Shown here piece after piece: positions 16,800 to 25,464 of a DNA stretch of 32,000 bases. The stretch lies in assembly GCF_036323395.1 (NCBI RefSeq), contig NZ_AP028907.1, positions 600,001-632,000 on the forward strand, given 5' to 3'. The notes under the pieces were generated by a model. That model made no database searches and was not told where the DNA came from. It worked only from the letters and a program-made list of their open reading frames with translations. This DNA comes from Pyrodictium abyssi (GTDB lineage Archaea; Thermoproteota; Thermoprotei_A; Sulfolobales; Pyrodictiaceae). Both the position numbers and the translations under genes were made by a program. Numbering within the stretch: position 1 is the first letter of the stretch; the number at the start of each line of letters is the position of its first letter.

Positions 16800-17372
16800 C
16801 TAGGCCTCGGGTGTGCTGGCTGCGTGGTTTTCGAGGAGTAGCTCGAGGTAGGATTTGTAGACTCGTTCCCGGGTGGCTACGCCGAGCTTCTCCAGGGCCT
16901 CCTCTATAGCCTTTGACGCCTCTTCTGGGCCGCCGGGGCCCCGGTACTCTGCCTCGAGGAAGCAGCCGAGGCCCTCCACGCGGTCGAGCGAGACAGCCAC
17001 GTCGCCGAGCCGGTAGTAGATGCGGTGCTTCCTCACCGTCGCGGCGGGGCGGAACCCGAGGGCCTCGAGGATGCGCGCCGCCTCCCCGGGGTCGGCGACC
17101 GCGGTGGTGTACTCTGCGCGGGCCTTAGAGCCGCCGATTATCCTCTTGGGCCCCTTGTAGGTCATCTCGGCCCTACCGCCGACGATGCGGAGCCTAAGCG
17201 CCTCGTCGGTCTCCGCGAAGTCGCGGCACGGGTGCCGGAAGTACGTGTCCTCCTCCACAACCTCCCCCTCGAGCCAGGCGCCCAGCTCCTCTAGCCGCCT
17301 GCGGACCCTCTCTAGCTCCCGGCAACTGGCTAGCCGGAGCTTAGCCTCGACCTCTACGCCTCCCCCGGCCAT
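16800..17372 (-). CDS. CYTH-domain protein (class IV adenylate cyclase CyaB / triphosphate tunnel metalloenzyme family)
   Basis: 'MAGGGVEVEAKLRL' carries the N-terminal ExExK signature of CYTH. 'TYFRHP...DEALRLRI', 'MTYKGP' and 'FLEAEY' fit the eight-strand tunnel pattern. The track ORF starts at 17456, but the extra 28 aa look non-coding. I prefer the ATG at 17372. Confidence 0.8.
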   Translation of the reverse strand: MAGGGVEVEAKLRLASCRELERVRRRLEELGAWLEGEVVEEDTYFRHPCRDFAETDEALRLRIVGGRAEMTYKGPKRIIGGSKARAEYTTAVADPGEAARILEALGFRPAATVRKHRIYYRLGDVAVSLDRVEGLGCFLEAEYRGPGGPEEASKAIEEALEKLGVATRERVYKSYLELLLENHAASTPEA

Positions 17373-17682
17373 GCCTCGTCCCTGCCCAGGAGCGGCCCAT
17401 GAGTTGTGGCAAATAGCTCCTGCCCAGCGCCTGGGCCCCGTGCCCGCTGCATCCACACATCTGCATGGCGGGCGCCACGCCGCCGAGGCCCTGGCCCCCG
17501 GGGGCTCTGTGTAACCGTGGTTATATAGCCGCGGTTATATAGTGGATGTTACGTGGTGTACCCCGGGGCACCAGGCGGAGCTGCTTGCCCACTATCAACG
17601 GGGCTCGATTATTATAGATTCCACCGGCCCTTTCCTCCTGGGGGCTAGCTGCCTCCCCCTCGTCCCCTCTGGTGTATGGGTA

Positions 17683-18825
17683 TTGAGGCTGCTCGAGTAC
17701 GAGGCTAAGGAGATACTCTCGGGGCTCGGCGTCCCCGTGCCCCGTGGCGTCGTGGTGGAGCAGGGCGACGACGTCGCCGAGAAGATCCGGGGCGCTGGGC
17801 TGCAGCCACCCCTTGTCGTGAAGAGCCAGGTGCCTGTTGGGGGCCGTGGCCGGGCTGGCGGCGTAGTGTTCGCCCCGGGTATCGGGGCGGCCGTGGAGGC
17901 CGCTGGGAGGCTCTTCGCTACGCCGGTCCGGGGGCTGCTGCCGCGCCGTGTCCTGGTAGAGGAGGCCGTAGAGCACACGCTGGAGCTCTACCTGGCTGTG
18001 GTGCTGGACCGGGCTGCTAGGAGGCCTGTGCTCATAGCCTCGCGGATGGGCGGCGTCGAGGTGGAGGAGGCCGCCAAGAAGAACCCTGGGGCGATCATCA
18101 GGGCTGCTGTCGATCCCTGGCTGGGGCTCCGGGGCTACGTGGCGCGGCGCGCCGGGCTCGCGCTGGGGCTGCGCGGCCGCCTGCTCCGCGGCTTCGAGGC
18201 CGTGGCCCTCGCGCTATACCGGGCCTGGGAGACGCTCGGCGCCGAGCTCGTGGAGGTGAACCCGCTAGCCGTGGCGGGGGACCGGCTCGTAGCGCTCGAC
18301 GCCAAGATAGTCGTGGACGATAACGCGCTGAGCCGCCACCCCGGGCTGGGCGGCCGCGGCGACGTGGGTGAGTACACCGGGCTCGAGGCCCAGGCGCGGA
18401 GGCTCGGCCTGCCCCTGGTGGAGCTGGGGCAGGAGGGCGTCGCCGTGGTCGGCAACGGGGCGGGCATGACTATGGCCACTATGGACCTGGTCTACGAGCG
18501 TGGTGGCCAGCCCTCGGTGTTCCTCGACATCGGTGGCGGTGCCTCGGCCGACCGGGTGCGGGCCGCGCTCGGGCTCCTAGCCGGCCACCAGGCGTCCCGG
18601 AGCATACTGGTGAACATATTCGGCGGCATAACCCGGTGCGACGAAGTAGCCCGGGGCATAGCCTCGGCTGTAGAGGAGCATGGCTCCCCAAAGCCGCTAG
18701 TAGTACGGCTCGCCGGGACCATGGCCGAGGAGGGACGCCGCATCCTAGCCAGGGCCGGCGTCGAGGCCTACAGCGACCCAGTCGAGGCCGTAGACCGCGC
18801 AGTAGAGCTGGCAAGAGAGGGGTGA
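17683..18825 (+). CDS. sucC: Succinyl-CoA synthetase (ADP-forming), beta subunit
   Basis: The TTG at 17683 gives '[22 protein letters not shown]', the canonical SucC N-terminus. The ATP-grasp region includes '[17 protein letters not shown]', and the C-terminal region includes '[13 protein letters not shown]'. The 47-aa extension in the ORF track (from 17542) is unlikely to be real. Confidence 0.85.
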   Translation: MRLLEYEAKEILSGLGVPVPRGVVVEQGDDVAEKIRGAGLQPPLVVKSQVPVGGRGRAGGVVFAPGIGAAVEAAGRLFATPVRGLLPRRVLVEEAVEHTLELYLAVVLDRAARRPVLIASRMGGVEVEEAAKKNPGAIIRAAVDPWLGLRGYVARRAGLALGLRGRLLRGFEAVALALYRAWETLGAELVEVNPLAVAGDRLVALDAKIVVDDNALSRHPGLGGRGDVGEYTGLEAQARRLGLPLVELGQEGVAVVGNGAGMTMATMDLVYERGGQPSVFLDIGGGASADRVRAALGLLAGHQASRSILVNIFGGITRCDEVARGIASAVEEHGSPKPLVVRLAGTMAEEGRRILARAGVEAYSDPVEAVDRAVELAREG

Positions 18826-18831
18826 CCCAGG

Positions 18832-19701
18832 ATGGCTATACTGGTGGACCGTGGCACGCGCGTAGTGGTGCAGGGGATCACTGGGCGTGAGGGCCGGTTC
18901 CACACCCGGCTAATGCTGGAGTACGGCACCCGGGTCGTGGCGGGGGTTACGCCCGGCAAGGGCGGCGAAAGGGTGCACGGAGTCCCGGTCTACGACACCG
19001 TGGAGGAGGCGGTAGAGAAGCACGGCGCCGAAGCCAGTATAGTCTTCGTCCCCGCCCCAGCGGCCGCCGACGCCGTCTACGAGGCCGTAGACGCAGGCAT
19101 AAAGCTGGTAGTAGTAATCACGGAACACATACCAGTACACGAGACGATGCTCTTCATAGACTACGCCCGCAGGAAAGGCACACTAGTCATAGGCCCTAAC
19201 ACGCCCGGAGTTATAGCCCCGGGGAGAACCAAGATCGGGATAATGCCAGGAGACGTGTTCACACCCGGCAGGGTGGCGGTGCTGAGCCGTAGCGGGACCC
19301 TAACCTACGAGGTCGCCGCGGCGATGACCAGGGAGGGGATAGGCCAGTCGATCGTCATCGGGGTGGGCGGCGACCCGGTGGTAGGCCTAGACTTCCCAGA
19401 GGCCATGGAGATGCTGGGGAGGGACCCCGGGACACGGGCGCTGGTGCTTATAGGCGAGATAGGCGGCGATATGGAGGAGCGCGCTGCAGCACTGGTCAGG
19501 GAGGGCCGGTTCACAAAGCCCCTGGTAGCCTACATCGCTGGGAAGACAGCACCGCCCGGCAAGAGGATGGGCCACGCTGGCGCAATAATATCCATGGGCT
19601 TAGGGGGCTACCAGGAGAAGGTAGAGGCACTCAGGGCCGCAGGCGCCCTAGTGGCGCGGACACCGTACGAGATACCCAAGCTCCTAGCCAGCGTACTGTG
19701 A
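18832..19701 (+). CDS. sucD: Succinyl-CoA synthetase, alpha subunit
   Basis: 289 aa. '[36 protein letters not shown]', 'SRSGTLTYE' and 'MGHAGAII' (phosphohistidine loop). It starts 6 nt after the sucC stop. Confidence 0.92.
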   Translation: MAILVDRGTRVVVQGITGREGRFHTRLMLEYGTRVVAGVTPGKGGERVHGVPVYDTVEEAVEKHGAEASIVFVPAPAAADAVYEAVDAGIKLVVVITEHIPVHETMLFIDYARRKGTLVIGPNTPGVIAPGRTKIGIMPGDVFTPGRVAVLSRSGTLTYEVAAAMTREGIGQSIVIGVGGDPVVGLDFPEAMEMLGRDPGTRALVLIGEIGGDMEERAAALVREGRFTKPLVAYIAGKTAPPGKRMGHAGAIISMGLGGYQEKVEALRAAGALVARTPYEIPKLLASVL

Positions 19702-19838
19702 GGCCCCTGGTGGAGCATTGCCCGGGGGCTGTGCGCCCCCGGAGGCTCTAGGGCTGCAGCCTCTGCACGGGACCTGGACGGGCGGCCCCTCCCCCATAGC
19801 CTACCGTGTCGCCGTTGCCGGGGGGTTCCTGGACGGGT

Positions 19839-21206
19839 TCACTGCTGGAGCCATGTCTCGGGTTCGCCGCCTCGGCGCCACTCGCCGGCTAGGAGTAGGC
19901 GGAGGGCCTCCTCCTCGCTGGTGCCCTGGTGCTCCGCCACGGCTTCTGCGAGCCTCCTGTACCACCATGGGTGTAGCCTGTAGGCCAGGTGTATCTCGTA
20001 GAGGTGCATTGCTGGGCAAGCTATGCAGCCTATCCTTGTGAGGCCCTCCTGGTACAGCTGGCTGACGGGGATCCCGCGCTCGGCGAGGTACAGCTGGACG
20101 GCTAGCCGGGGCCAGTGGTGTATGGGGAGCGCCCGCACCACGCCGGGTATGAGCGGGTTCTTGCCGAGCCGGGGGGTCCGGGCCCGGTTTGTGCTCTCCC
20201 AGCGCCGCGCGCCGTCGAGGACGAGCCGGGCGCCGACGCGGCTGTAGAAGCGCCGGAGGGGCTGGAGCTTGAGGAGACGGGTGCACCAGCGGTCGTCCCT
20301 CGTCATGAGGCCCCTCTTCCTGACCTCGTCTAGGGGGCTGGTGTCGGGCTCTACCACCTCCAGGTCGACGCCGAGGATCGCTGCTATGCGCTCGGCGTGC
20401 CTCCGGGCCTCGGGGTACTCCATCCCGGTGTCCGCGTAGACTGCTACGACCCTCTCGGGGCCCAGGGCTTCCCGGGCGAGGCTGAGCACAGCCGTGGAGT
20501 CTGCGCCGCCGCTGAACGCGACGTAGACCCTGCCCTGGCTCGCTTGGACCCTGGCGTAGACCCGGCGGATGAACTCCCGTGCCTCGGCGGCGAGGCCGCC
20601 TACTATCTCCGCGTTCTTCTCTATGGCCGCCTCAAGCTCGGCTGGGGGGAGGGGGCTGAGCCCCCGGGGCGCCATGTCCTTGACCTTGGCGGTGCAAGCC
20701 TCCCCGTCGGCCCCGGTTACGCGGGCTGGGCCGACCCAGCCGCGCGACCCTACTATGACCCAGCGGCGGCCACGGCAGCTCTCGGGGCTTAGCCTGACCC
20801 GCTTCCCCTTCAGCCGGGGCCCGGAGCTGCGGACCTCCAGGACCTCCGCGCCCCGGCTCGCTGCTAGGCCAGCTAGGGCGCCGCTAGGGTGGAGAACCCA
20901 GCCCCGCCGGGTGTACTCCACGACGCCCAGCCTGAGGGCCTCCGCGAAGACCTCGGCTGCGTACTCGCCGCCCGGGGCGGGGACCCGGTGGAACACGACC
21001 AGCCTGTCGCGGAGCCCCAGGTCGGCGCCGAAGGCTAGCCGGGACAGCGTGTCCAGGAGGCTGCGCTCGTAGCGGCCTGCTAGCCAGTAGTCGCCGCGGA
21101 CCCGCCAGCACGCCTTGCCGGAGCCCCTGCAGCCCAGCACCGGGACGCTCGGCTCGCGGAGCCAGCCGAGCCTCTCCAGCGCCTCTAGCAGCCCCTGCAG
21201 CGCCAT
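19839..21206 (-). CDS. PAPS-reductase / PP-loop ATP pyrophosphatase family protein with a roughly 220-aa N-terminal extension
   Basis: 455 aa. PP-loop 'VYVAFSGGADSTAV', then 'YADTGMEYPE' and 'DDRWCTRLLKLQP', typical of the PAPS reductase (CysH/DndC-like) fold. A C-terminal 'GCIACP' cysteine pair is present. The N-terminal half is unassigned and may be PUA-like. It lies 30 nt downstream of the flavodiiron gene on the same strand. Confidence 0.7.
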   Translation of the reverse strand: MALQGLLEALERLGWLREPSVPVLGCRGSGKACWRVRGDYWLAGRYERSLLDTLSRLAFGADLGLRDRLVVFHRVPAPGGEYAAEVFAEALRLGVVEYTRRGWVLHPSGALAGLAASRGAEVLEVRSSGPRLKGKRVRLSPESCRGRRWVIVGSRGWVGPARVTGADGEACTAKVKDMAPRGLSPLPPAELEAAIEKNAEIVGGLAAEAREFIRRVYARVQASQGRVYVAFSGGADSTAVLSLAREALGPERVVAVYADTGMEYPEARRHAERIAAILGVDLEVVEPDTSPLDEVRKRGLMTRDDRWCTRLLKLQPLRRFYSRVGARLVLDGARRWESTNRARTPRLGKNPLIPGVVRALPIHHWPRLAVQLYLAERGIPVSQLYQEGLTRIGCIACPAMHLYEIHLAYRLHPWWYRRLAEAVAEHQGTSEEEALRLLLAGEWRRGGEPETWLQQ

Positions 21207-21236
21207 AGCCCGCCCCCGGTCCCCGTGGGCCCGGGG

Positions 21237-22436
21237 CTACAGCCCGGCGCCCGTTGATAGCAGCTTCTCCACAGCCTCCTCCAGCGCGCTGCCGGGTATA
21301 CGGCCCTTGGACTCGACAACTGCCGCCACGTCGAGGCCGCAGCCCTGCAGCTTCTCGGCTATCCTGCGCGCCGCTGCCCCGCCCCACGCGTAGGATGAGA
21401 CCACGAGGACACGCTGCCCGGCCGACGCCTTGCTGCAGATCATGTCCAGCACGTGCCATATCAGGGGGAACACGCTGGCCTCGTAGGTGGCCGCGCCGAC
21501 GACCAGGTAGCCCGCGTCGAGCACCTCACCTAGCAGGTCTGCAATGTTAGCCCTATCGGCCCCGGTGAACCCGTAGACCGAGACGTCGAGGCCCCGTGCC
21601 TCCAGCATGCCTGCTATACGCTGCACTGCCTCCTCTACGGCGCCGTACATGCTCGAGTAGACTACCACCGCCCTGCCCGTGTCGAGCCGCCCGCTGGCCC
21701 AGCCCCTGTAGAGCCCGATGGCTTCCTGCACGTGCCTCTCTATAGCCATGCCATGCAGCGGGGCAAGCACCTTCGGCTTGACGGTTTCGAGCCTATCTAG
21801 TGCCTTTGTTACCCACCTCCTGTACGCGCCTATGATTGTGGCAAAGTACTTTCTCATGAAGTAGGTGTAGTACTTGAAGGCCTCCGGGTCGCCGCTGTCC
21901 ACTAGGACGCCGGGCACGGTGTAGGCGCCGAACGCGTCCCCCGTGAACAGCACCCGGCCGGGCTCGAGCAGGCTCATAACGGTCTCGGGCCAGTGGAGCC
22001 ACGCAGTCTCCAGGAAGACCAGCCGGTGGCCGCCGCCGAGGCCTAGCTCCATCCCGTCCTTTACCGGCTTGAAGCTCTCTATGCGGATGCCGTAGAGGGC
22101 CTCGAGCATGCCCCTGGCCATGGGGTGCGCGTAGACCGTGGCGCGGCGGGCCCGCTCGAGTACCGCGGGGAGCGCGCCGCTGTGGTCCGGCTCCGCGTGG
22201 TGGACCACGACGGCGTCTATGTCTCGGGGGTCTACTATGCTGCTCAGCGCCGAGAGGAACTCCTCCTCGAACCCCCTCCTCACGGTGTCGAGTAGTACTA
22301 CGCGCTCCGGCCCGGTGACCACGTAGGCGTTGTAGGTTATGCCCTCCGGTATCTCCCAGAGCGCCTCGAAGAACCTCGTAGCCTCGTCCTCGACGCGGAT
22401 CATGTAGACGCCGGGGGCTATCTCCTGAACGCGCAA
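21237..22436 (-). CDS. fprA: Flavodiiron protein (FprA-type A-type flavoprotein)
   Basis: The metallo-beta-lactamase-like domain carries 'VVHHAEPDHSG' (the HxExDH diiron motif). The C-terminal flavodoxin domain carries 'VVVYSSMYGAVEE'. The track ORF reaches 22490. I prefer the in-frame TTG at 22436 ('MRVQEIAPGVYMIRV'), which matches homologue N-termini. Either start is possible. Confidence 0.85.
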   Translation of the reverse strand: MRVQEIAPGVYMIRVEDEATRFFEALWEIPEGITYNAYVVTGPERVVLLDTVRRGFEEEFLSALSSIVDPRDIDAVVVHHAEPDHSGALPAVLERARRATVYAHPMARGMLEALYGIRIESFKPVKDGMELGLGGGHRLVFLETAWLHWPETVMSLLEPGRVLFTGDAFGAYTVPGVLVDSGDPEAFKYYTYFMRKYFATIIGAYRRWVTKALDRLETVKPKVLAPLHGMAIERHVQEAIGLYRGWASGRLDTGRAVVVYSSMYGAVEEAVQRIAGMLEARGLDVSVYGFTGADRANIADLLGEVLDAGYLVVGAATYEASVFPLIWHVLDMICSKASAGQRVLVVSSYAWGGAAARRIAEKLQGCGLDVAAVVESKGRIPGSALEEAVEKLLSTGAGL

Positions 22437-22613
22437 ACGCGGCTCGAGGCTTAGTGGCGCATGGCTGTAGCTGCAGCCGTGTCTATGCAAAGGGTGTGCT
22501 CCTCCGCCTCTGTTACACCCCGCGGGAGGTAACAGGGGTTACCTCGCCAGCAGCGGACCCCAGGCAATATAGGCCAGGCCCCGGCAGGAAGAGCCCCAGG
22601 GGCCGTCGCCGGG

Positions 22614-24269
22614 TTGGACGCGATAGGTGTCGTGCTCAGCGGCTCTACCACCGATACCGTGAAGATGCAGCTCACCGCGGAGGGCGAGCGCCTGGCCCGC
22701 GAGGGCCTCCTAGTCCTGGTCGAGGCCCGGCGCGGCGAGGAGAAGGTGATAGCCCGGATAGAGAGGATAGTCCCCGTCAACGAGTTCTACCTGGAGGGCG
22801 ACCTCTGGAGCGAGGCCCGGCGCCGCGGCCTGGAGCCGCCGCTCCTCGAGGAGGCAGCCCGGCGCTACACCCTCGCCGAGGCCTCGGTGCTCGGGCGGGC
22901 TGGGCCCCGCGGCCTAGAGGAGCTGTCGGCCCCGCCCCTGCCCGGGGACCGTGTGAGGCTCCTCGGCCCGGGAGAGCTCCGGGAGGCCCTGGGGCTCGGG
23001 GAGGACGAGCCTGGGATAGTCTGGTTCGGGGAGCTGCTCGGCTACAGCGGGCTCGGGCTCCCCCTGGACGTCGAGAACATAACGATGCACGTGGGGGTGT
23101 TCGGGGAGACTGGGAGCGGCAAGAGCTACGGAGTAGGCTACCTCATCGAGCTGCTGTCGCGGATACCGCTGGGCCGGGGCGTCTACGGAGCGCTGCCCGT
23201 GATAGTGGTCGATGCTAACGGTGACTACCTGGACTACCACGAGGCGTACGCAGCCGGTAAGCCGGTGGGCGAGTACCGCCGGGTCTACCGGCTCGTCTTC
23301 CCGAATAGCCCGGCCCGGTACCGGCCCTACACCAAGCCCGTGACGATAGACCTGGACGGGTTCACGGCCCGCGAGATAGCGGAGTTCATAATAACCTACA
23401 AGGCCGGAGGCGTGGAGCTCAACGAGCTCCAGGTATCTGGCCTGGAGAGGGTCCTCCGGGAGCTCGAGGCCAGGGGCTACGGGTTCACAGAGCTCCTCAC
23501 GGAGAGGGTGGGCCTCGTCTACGAGGTGCTCGAGGAGCTTAGCCGGGGCCGAGGTGCTGCTATACACGCGCAGACGGCCCGGGCTATACGCGCCGCCGTG
23601 GAGAAGTTCCACAGGGACATAGTGGAGGGCTACCGCGTCATATCCCGGAGGCCTGGCCTCGACGCGGGCTTCATCGAGGAGCTCACCCGGGAGCCGGGGC
23701 TGGCTATACTCGACTTCTCGGCGGAGGGCGCCCCGGGTGTACCGCTGCCGGTCCGTCAGCTAGTGGTGGCGTACCTCGCCCGTCTCCTCTACAAGCAGTT
23801 CACCCTCTACAAGATAAGGGGCGAGGAGCGCTACCTGGTGCTGGTGCTCGAGGAGGCGCAGAACTACGCGCCGAACCCCCGGAGCTACCCGGTGGCCTGG
23901 AGCCTAGCAAGGGACTACCTCTCGCTGATAGCCACGCAGGGCCGGAAGTTCGGCCTCAGCCTCGTCCTGGTGAGCCAGAGGCCCGTCTTCGTGGACCCCG
24001 TGGTGCTCTCCATGCTCAACACGTGGATAGTCTACCGGCTCCCCGTGGAGGACGTGAGCTACGTGTCCCGGGCCTGTGGCGGGCTCCCCCGGGCGCTAGA
24101 GCGGAGGCTCACCAGGCTCCCCCGCGGCGTAGCCGTGGTAACCGGGCAGATGAACGTGCTCGGCTTCCCAGTGCTCGTCCGCACCGGGAGGCGCAGCGTG
24201 GGCCACGCGATGGGCCGCACCAGGGTCGTGGAAACGCTGCGGCGGCTCTACCAGGCGGGCGGGGGCTGA
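22614..24269 (+). CDS. HerA/FtsK-superfamily ATPase (HerA-like, DUF87-type)
   Basis: 551 aa with a TTG start. The N-terminal region is small and barrel-like ('IGVVLSGSTTDTVKMQL...LVLVEARRGEEKVIARIERI'). Walker A is 'VFGETGSGKSYG' and Walker B is 'YLVLVLEEAQNYAP'. 'ATQGRKFGLSLVLVSQRP' is the arginine-finger region typical of HerA. Confidence 0.8.
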   Translation: MDAIGVVLSGSTTDTVKMQLTAEGERLAREGLLVLVEARRGEEKVIARIERIVPVNEFYLEGDLWSEARRRGLEPPLLEEAARRYTLAEASVLGRAGPRGLEELSAPPLPGDRVRLLGPGELREALGLGEDEPGIVWFGELLGYSGLGLPLDVENITMHVGVFGETGSGKSYGVGYLIELLSRIPLGRGVYGALPVIVVDANGDYLDYHEAYAAGKPVGEYRRVYRLVFPNSPARYRPYTKPVTIDLDGFTAREIAEFIITYKAGGVELNELQVSGLERVLRELEARGYGFTELLTERVGLVYEVLEELSRGRGAAIHAQTARAIRAAVEKFHRDIVEGYRVISRRPGLDAGFIEELTREPGLAILDFSAEGAPGVPLPVRQLVVAYLARLLYKQFTLYKIRGEERYLVLVLEEAQNYAPNPRSYPVAWSLARDYLSLIATQGRKFGLSLVLVSQRPVFVDPVVLSMLNTWIVYRLPVEDVSYVSRACGGLPRALERRLTRLPRGVAVVTGQMNVLGFPVLVRTGRRSVGHAMGRTRVVETLRRLYQAGGG

Positions 24270-24273
24270 GGCA

Positions 24274-25449
24274 TTGACGGACAGGCTGCCGGAGCCGCTC
24301 GAGCGCAAGATGAGGGAGATGCTCGACGTCCAGAGGAGTGAGCCGGAGCTAGTCCGCCGGATCCTGGAGAAGGCGCTGCAGCGGGAGAGGGAGAGGGAGA
24401 CCCTCTACAGCATCCTCCGCGCCGTCGGCTCCACGGTGTACGAGGAGATGAGGAGACGCAGCCTGCTACACGAGCCTCCGGGGCCCCGGGGGAGCCCGGC
24501 CTGCTACGGGGTGGACGGCTCCCGGCAGGTCGTCGGGGGCCGGCTCGGCCGCTACTACATACTCCTCTCCACAGCCATCGTGTCGCTCCCCCGGGGCCCC
24601 GACAGCGCCCGGGCTGAGGCCGTCTTCCCGGGCGTGGACATAGTGGAGGTCGTGGACCCCACGGGGGCGAGCATAGAGCCCGCTGCCGAGGCCGCGCTGA
24701 TGGTCCTGGAGACGCTCACCCTCCGAAGGCTGGCGGACGCCGAGCCCGGGGTAGTCTTCATAGACGGGCCCGTCGTCGACCCCCCGGCGCGCTTCGACCC
24801 GGGCACCGCCGTGCAGGCCGTGATGAGGCTCCTCGACGCGCCCCCAGAGGAGGCCCTACGCGTCGTAGAGGAGTACCACAGGATACGGGCCAGGGTGGTA
24901 GCCGGGCTCGTGGGGAGAGGCCACACCGTCATCGGTGTCGTGAAGCGCATCGGCCGGGTCAACCTGCTGGCAAGGCACCTAGCACGGCTCGGCATAGCCG
25001 ACGCCAGCCGGGTCAGCGACGAGGACCTAGTACTAGCCCTCGTGGCCGCCGCCAGGGCCCGTGGGGACGGGGTGTTCTACACCGAGCCGGTGGAGGCCGC
25101 GAGCCTGCCCCGGGACGTGTACCGCGAGTACCTGGCCGCGGGGCTACGCGTCTACGCCAGCTACACGTTCTCCCCCTACACGCTCCGCCCCTATCGCGTC
25201 GAGGTAGCCGTGCCCCGGGACGCGGAGCCCCGCGGCGCCGTGGAGAGGGCTATCGCCGCCGCCCAGGGGCTCACCCTCCCAGGGCAGAGCCTGCCCCTCC
25301 CCGTGGTCCTCGCGCACGAGAAGACACGGATACGCCGGGGGCTCGCCCAGCTAGTCTACCGGGAGGTGTTGACCCGCGCCTCGCTGCCCGAGGGCGACCC
25401 GCTAGCCGATACGCTGAAGGCCCTCCTAGCCGGGCTCGACGAGGCCTAG
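24274..25449 (+). CDS. NurA-like nuclease
   Basis: 391 aa. The TTG start lies 4 nt after the HerA-like stop. 'CYGVDGSRQV' and 'VVFIDGPVVDP' resemble the two Asp-containing NurA motifs (xIDGS / xxDGSL). 'IGVVKR' resembles the NurA 'G-x-S-K' strand. This is a motif-level call only. Confidence 0.6.
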   Translation: MTDRLPEPLERKMREMLDVQRSEPELVRRILEKALQRERERETLYSILRAVGSTVYEEMRRRSLLHEPPGPRGSPACYGVDGSRQVVGGRLGRYYILLSTAIVSLPRGPDSARAEAVFPGVDIVEVVDPTGASIEPAAEAALMVLETLTLRRLADAEPGVVFIDGPVVDPPARFDPGTAVQAVMRLLDAPPEEALRVVEEYHRIRARVVAGLVGRGHTVIGVVKRIGRVNLLARHLARLGIADASRVSDEDLVLALVAAARARGDGVFYTEPVEAASLPRDVYREYLAAGLRVYASYTFSPYTLRPYRVEVAVPRDAEPRGAVERAIAAAQGLTLPGQSLPLPVVLAHEKTRIRRGLAQLVYREVLTRASLPEGDPLADTLKALLAGLDEA

Positions 25450-25464
25450 AGGGGCACGGACGGG

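Noticed and set aside
17542-17682. 47-aa N-terminal extension of sucC in the ORF track ('MDVTWCTPGHQAELLAHYQRGSIIIDS...')
   Set aside because: Canonical SucC begins M-x-L-x-EY-x-AK, which is reproduced exactly from the in-frame TTG at 17683. The extension contains promoter-like A/T elements and has non-protein-like composition.
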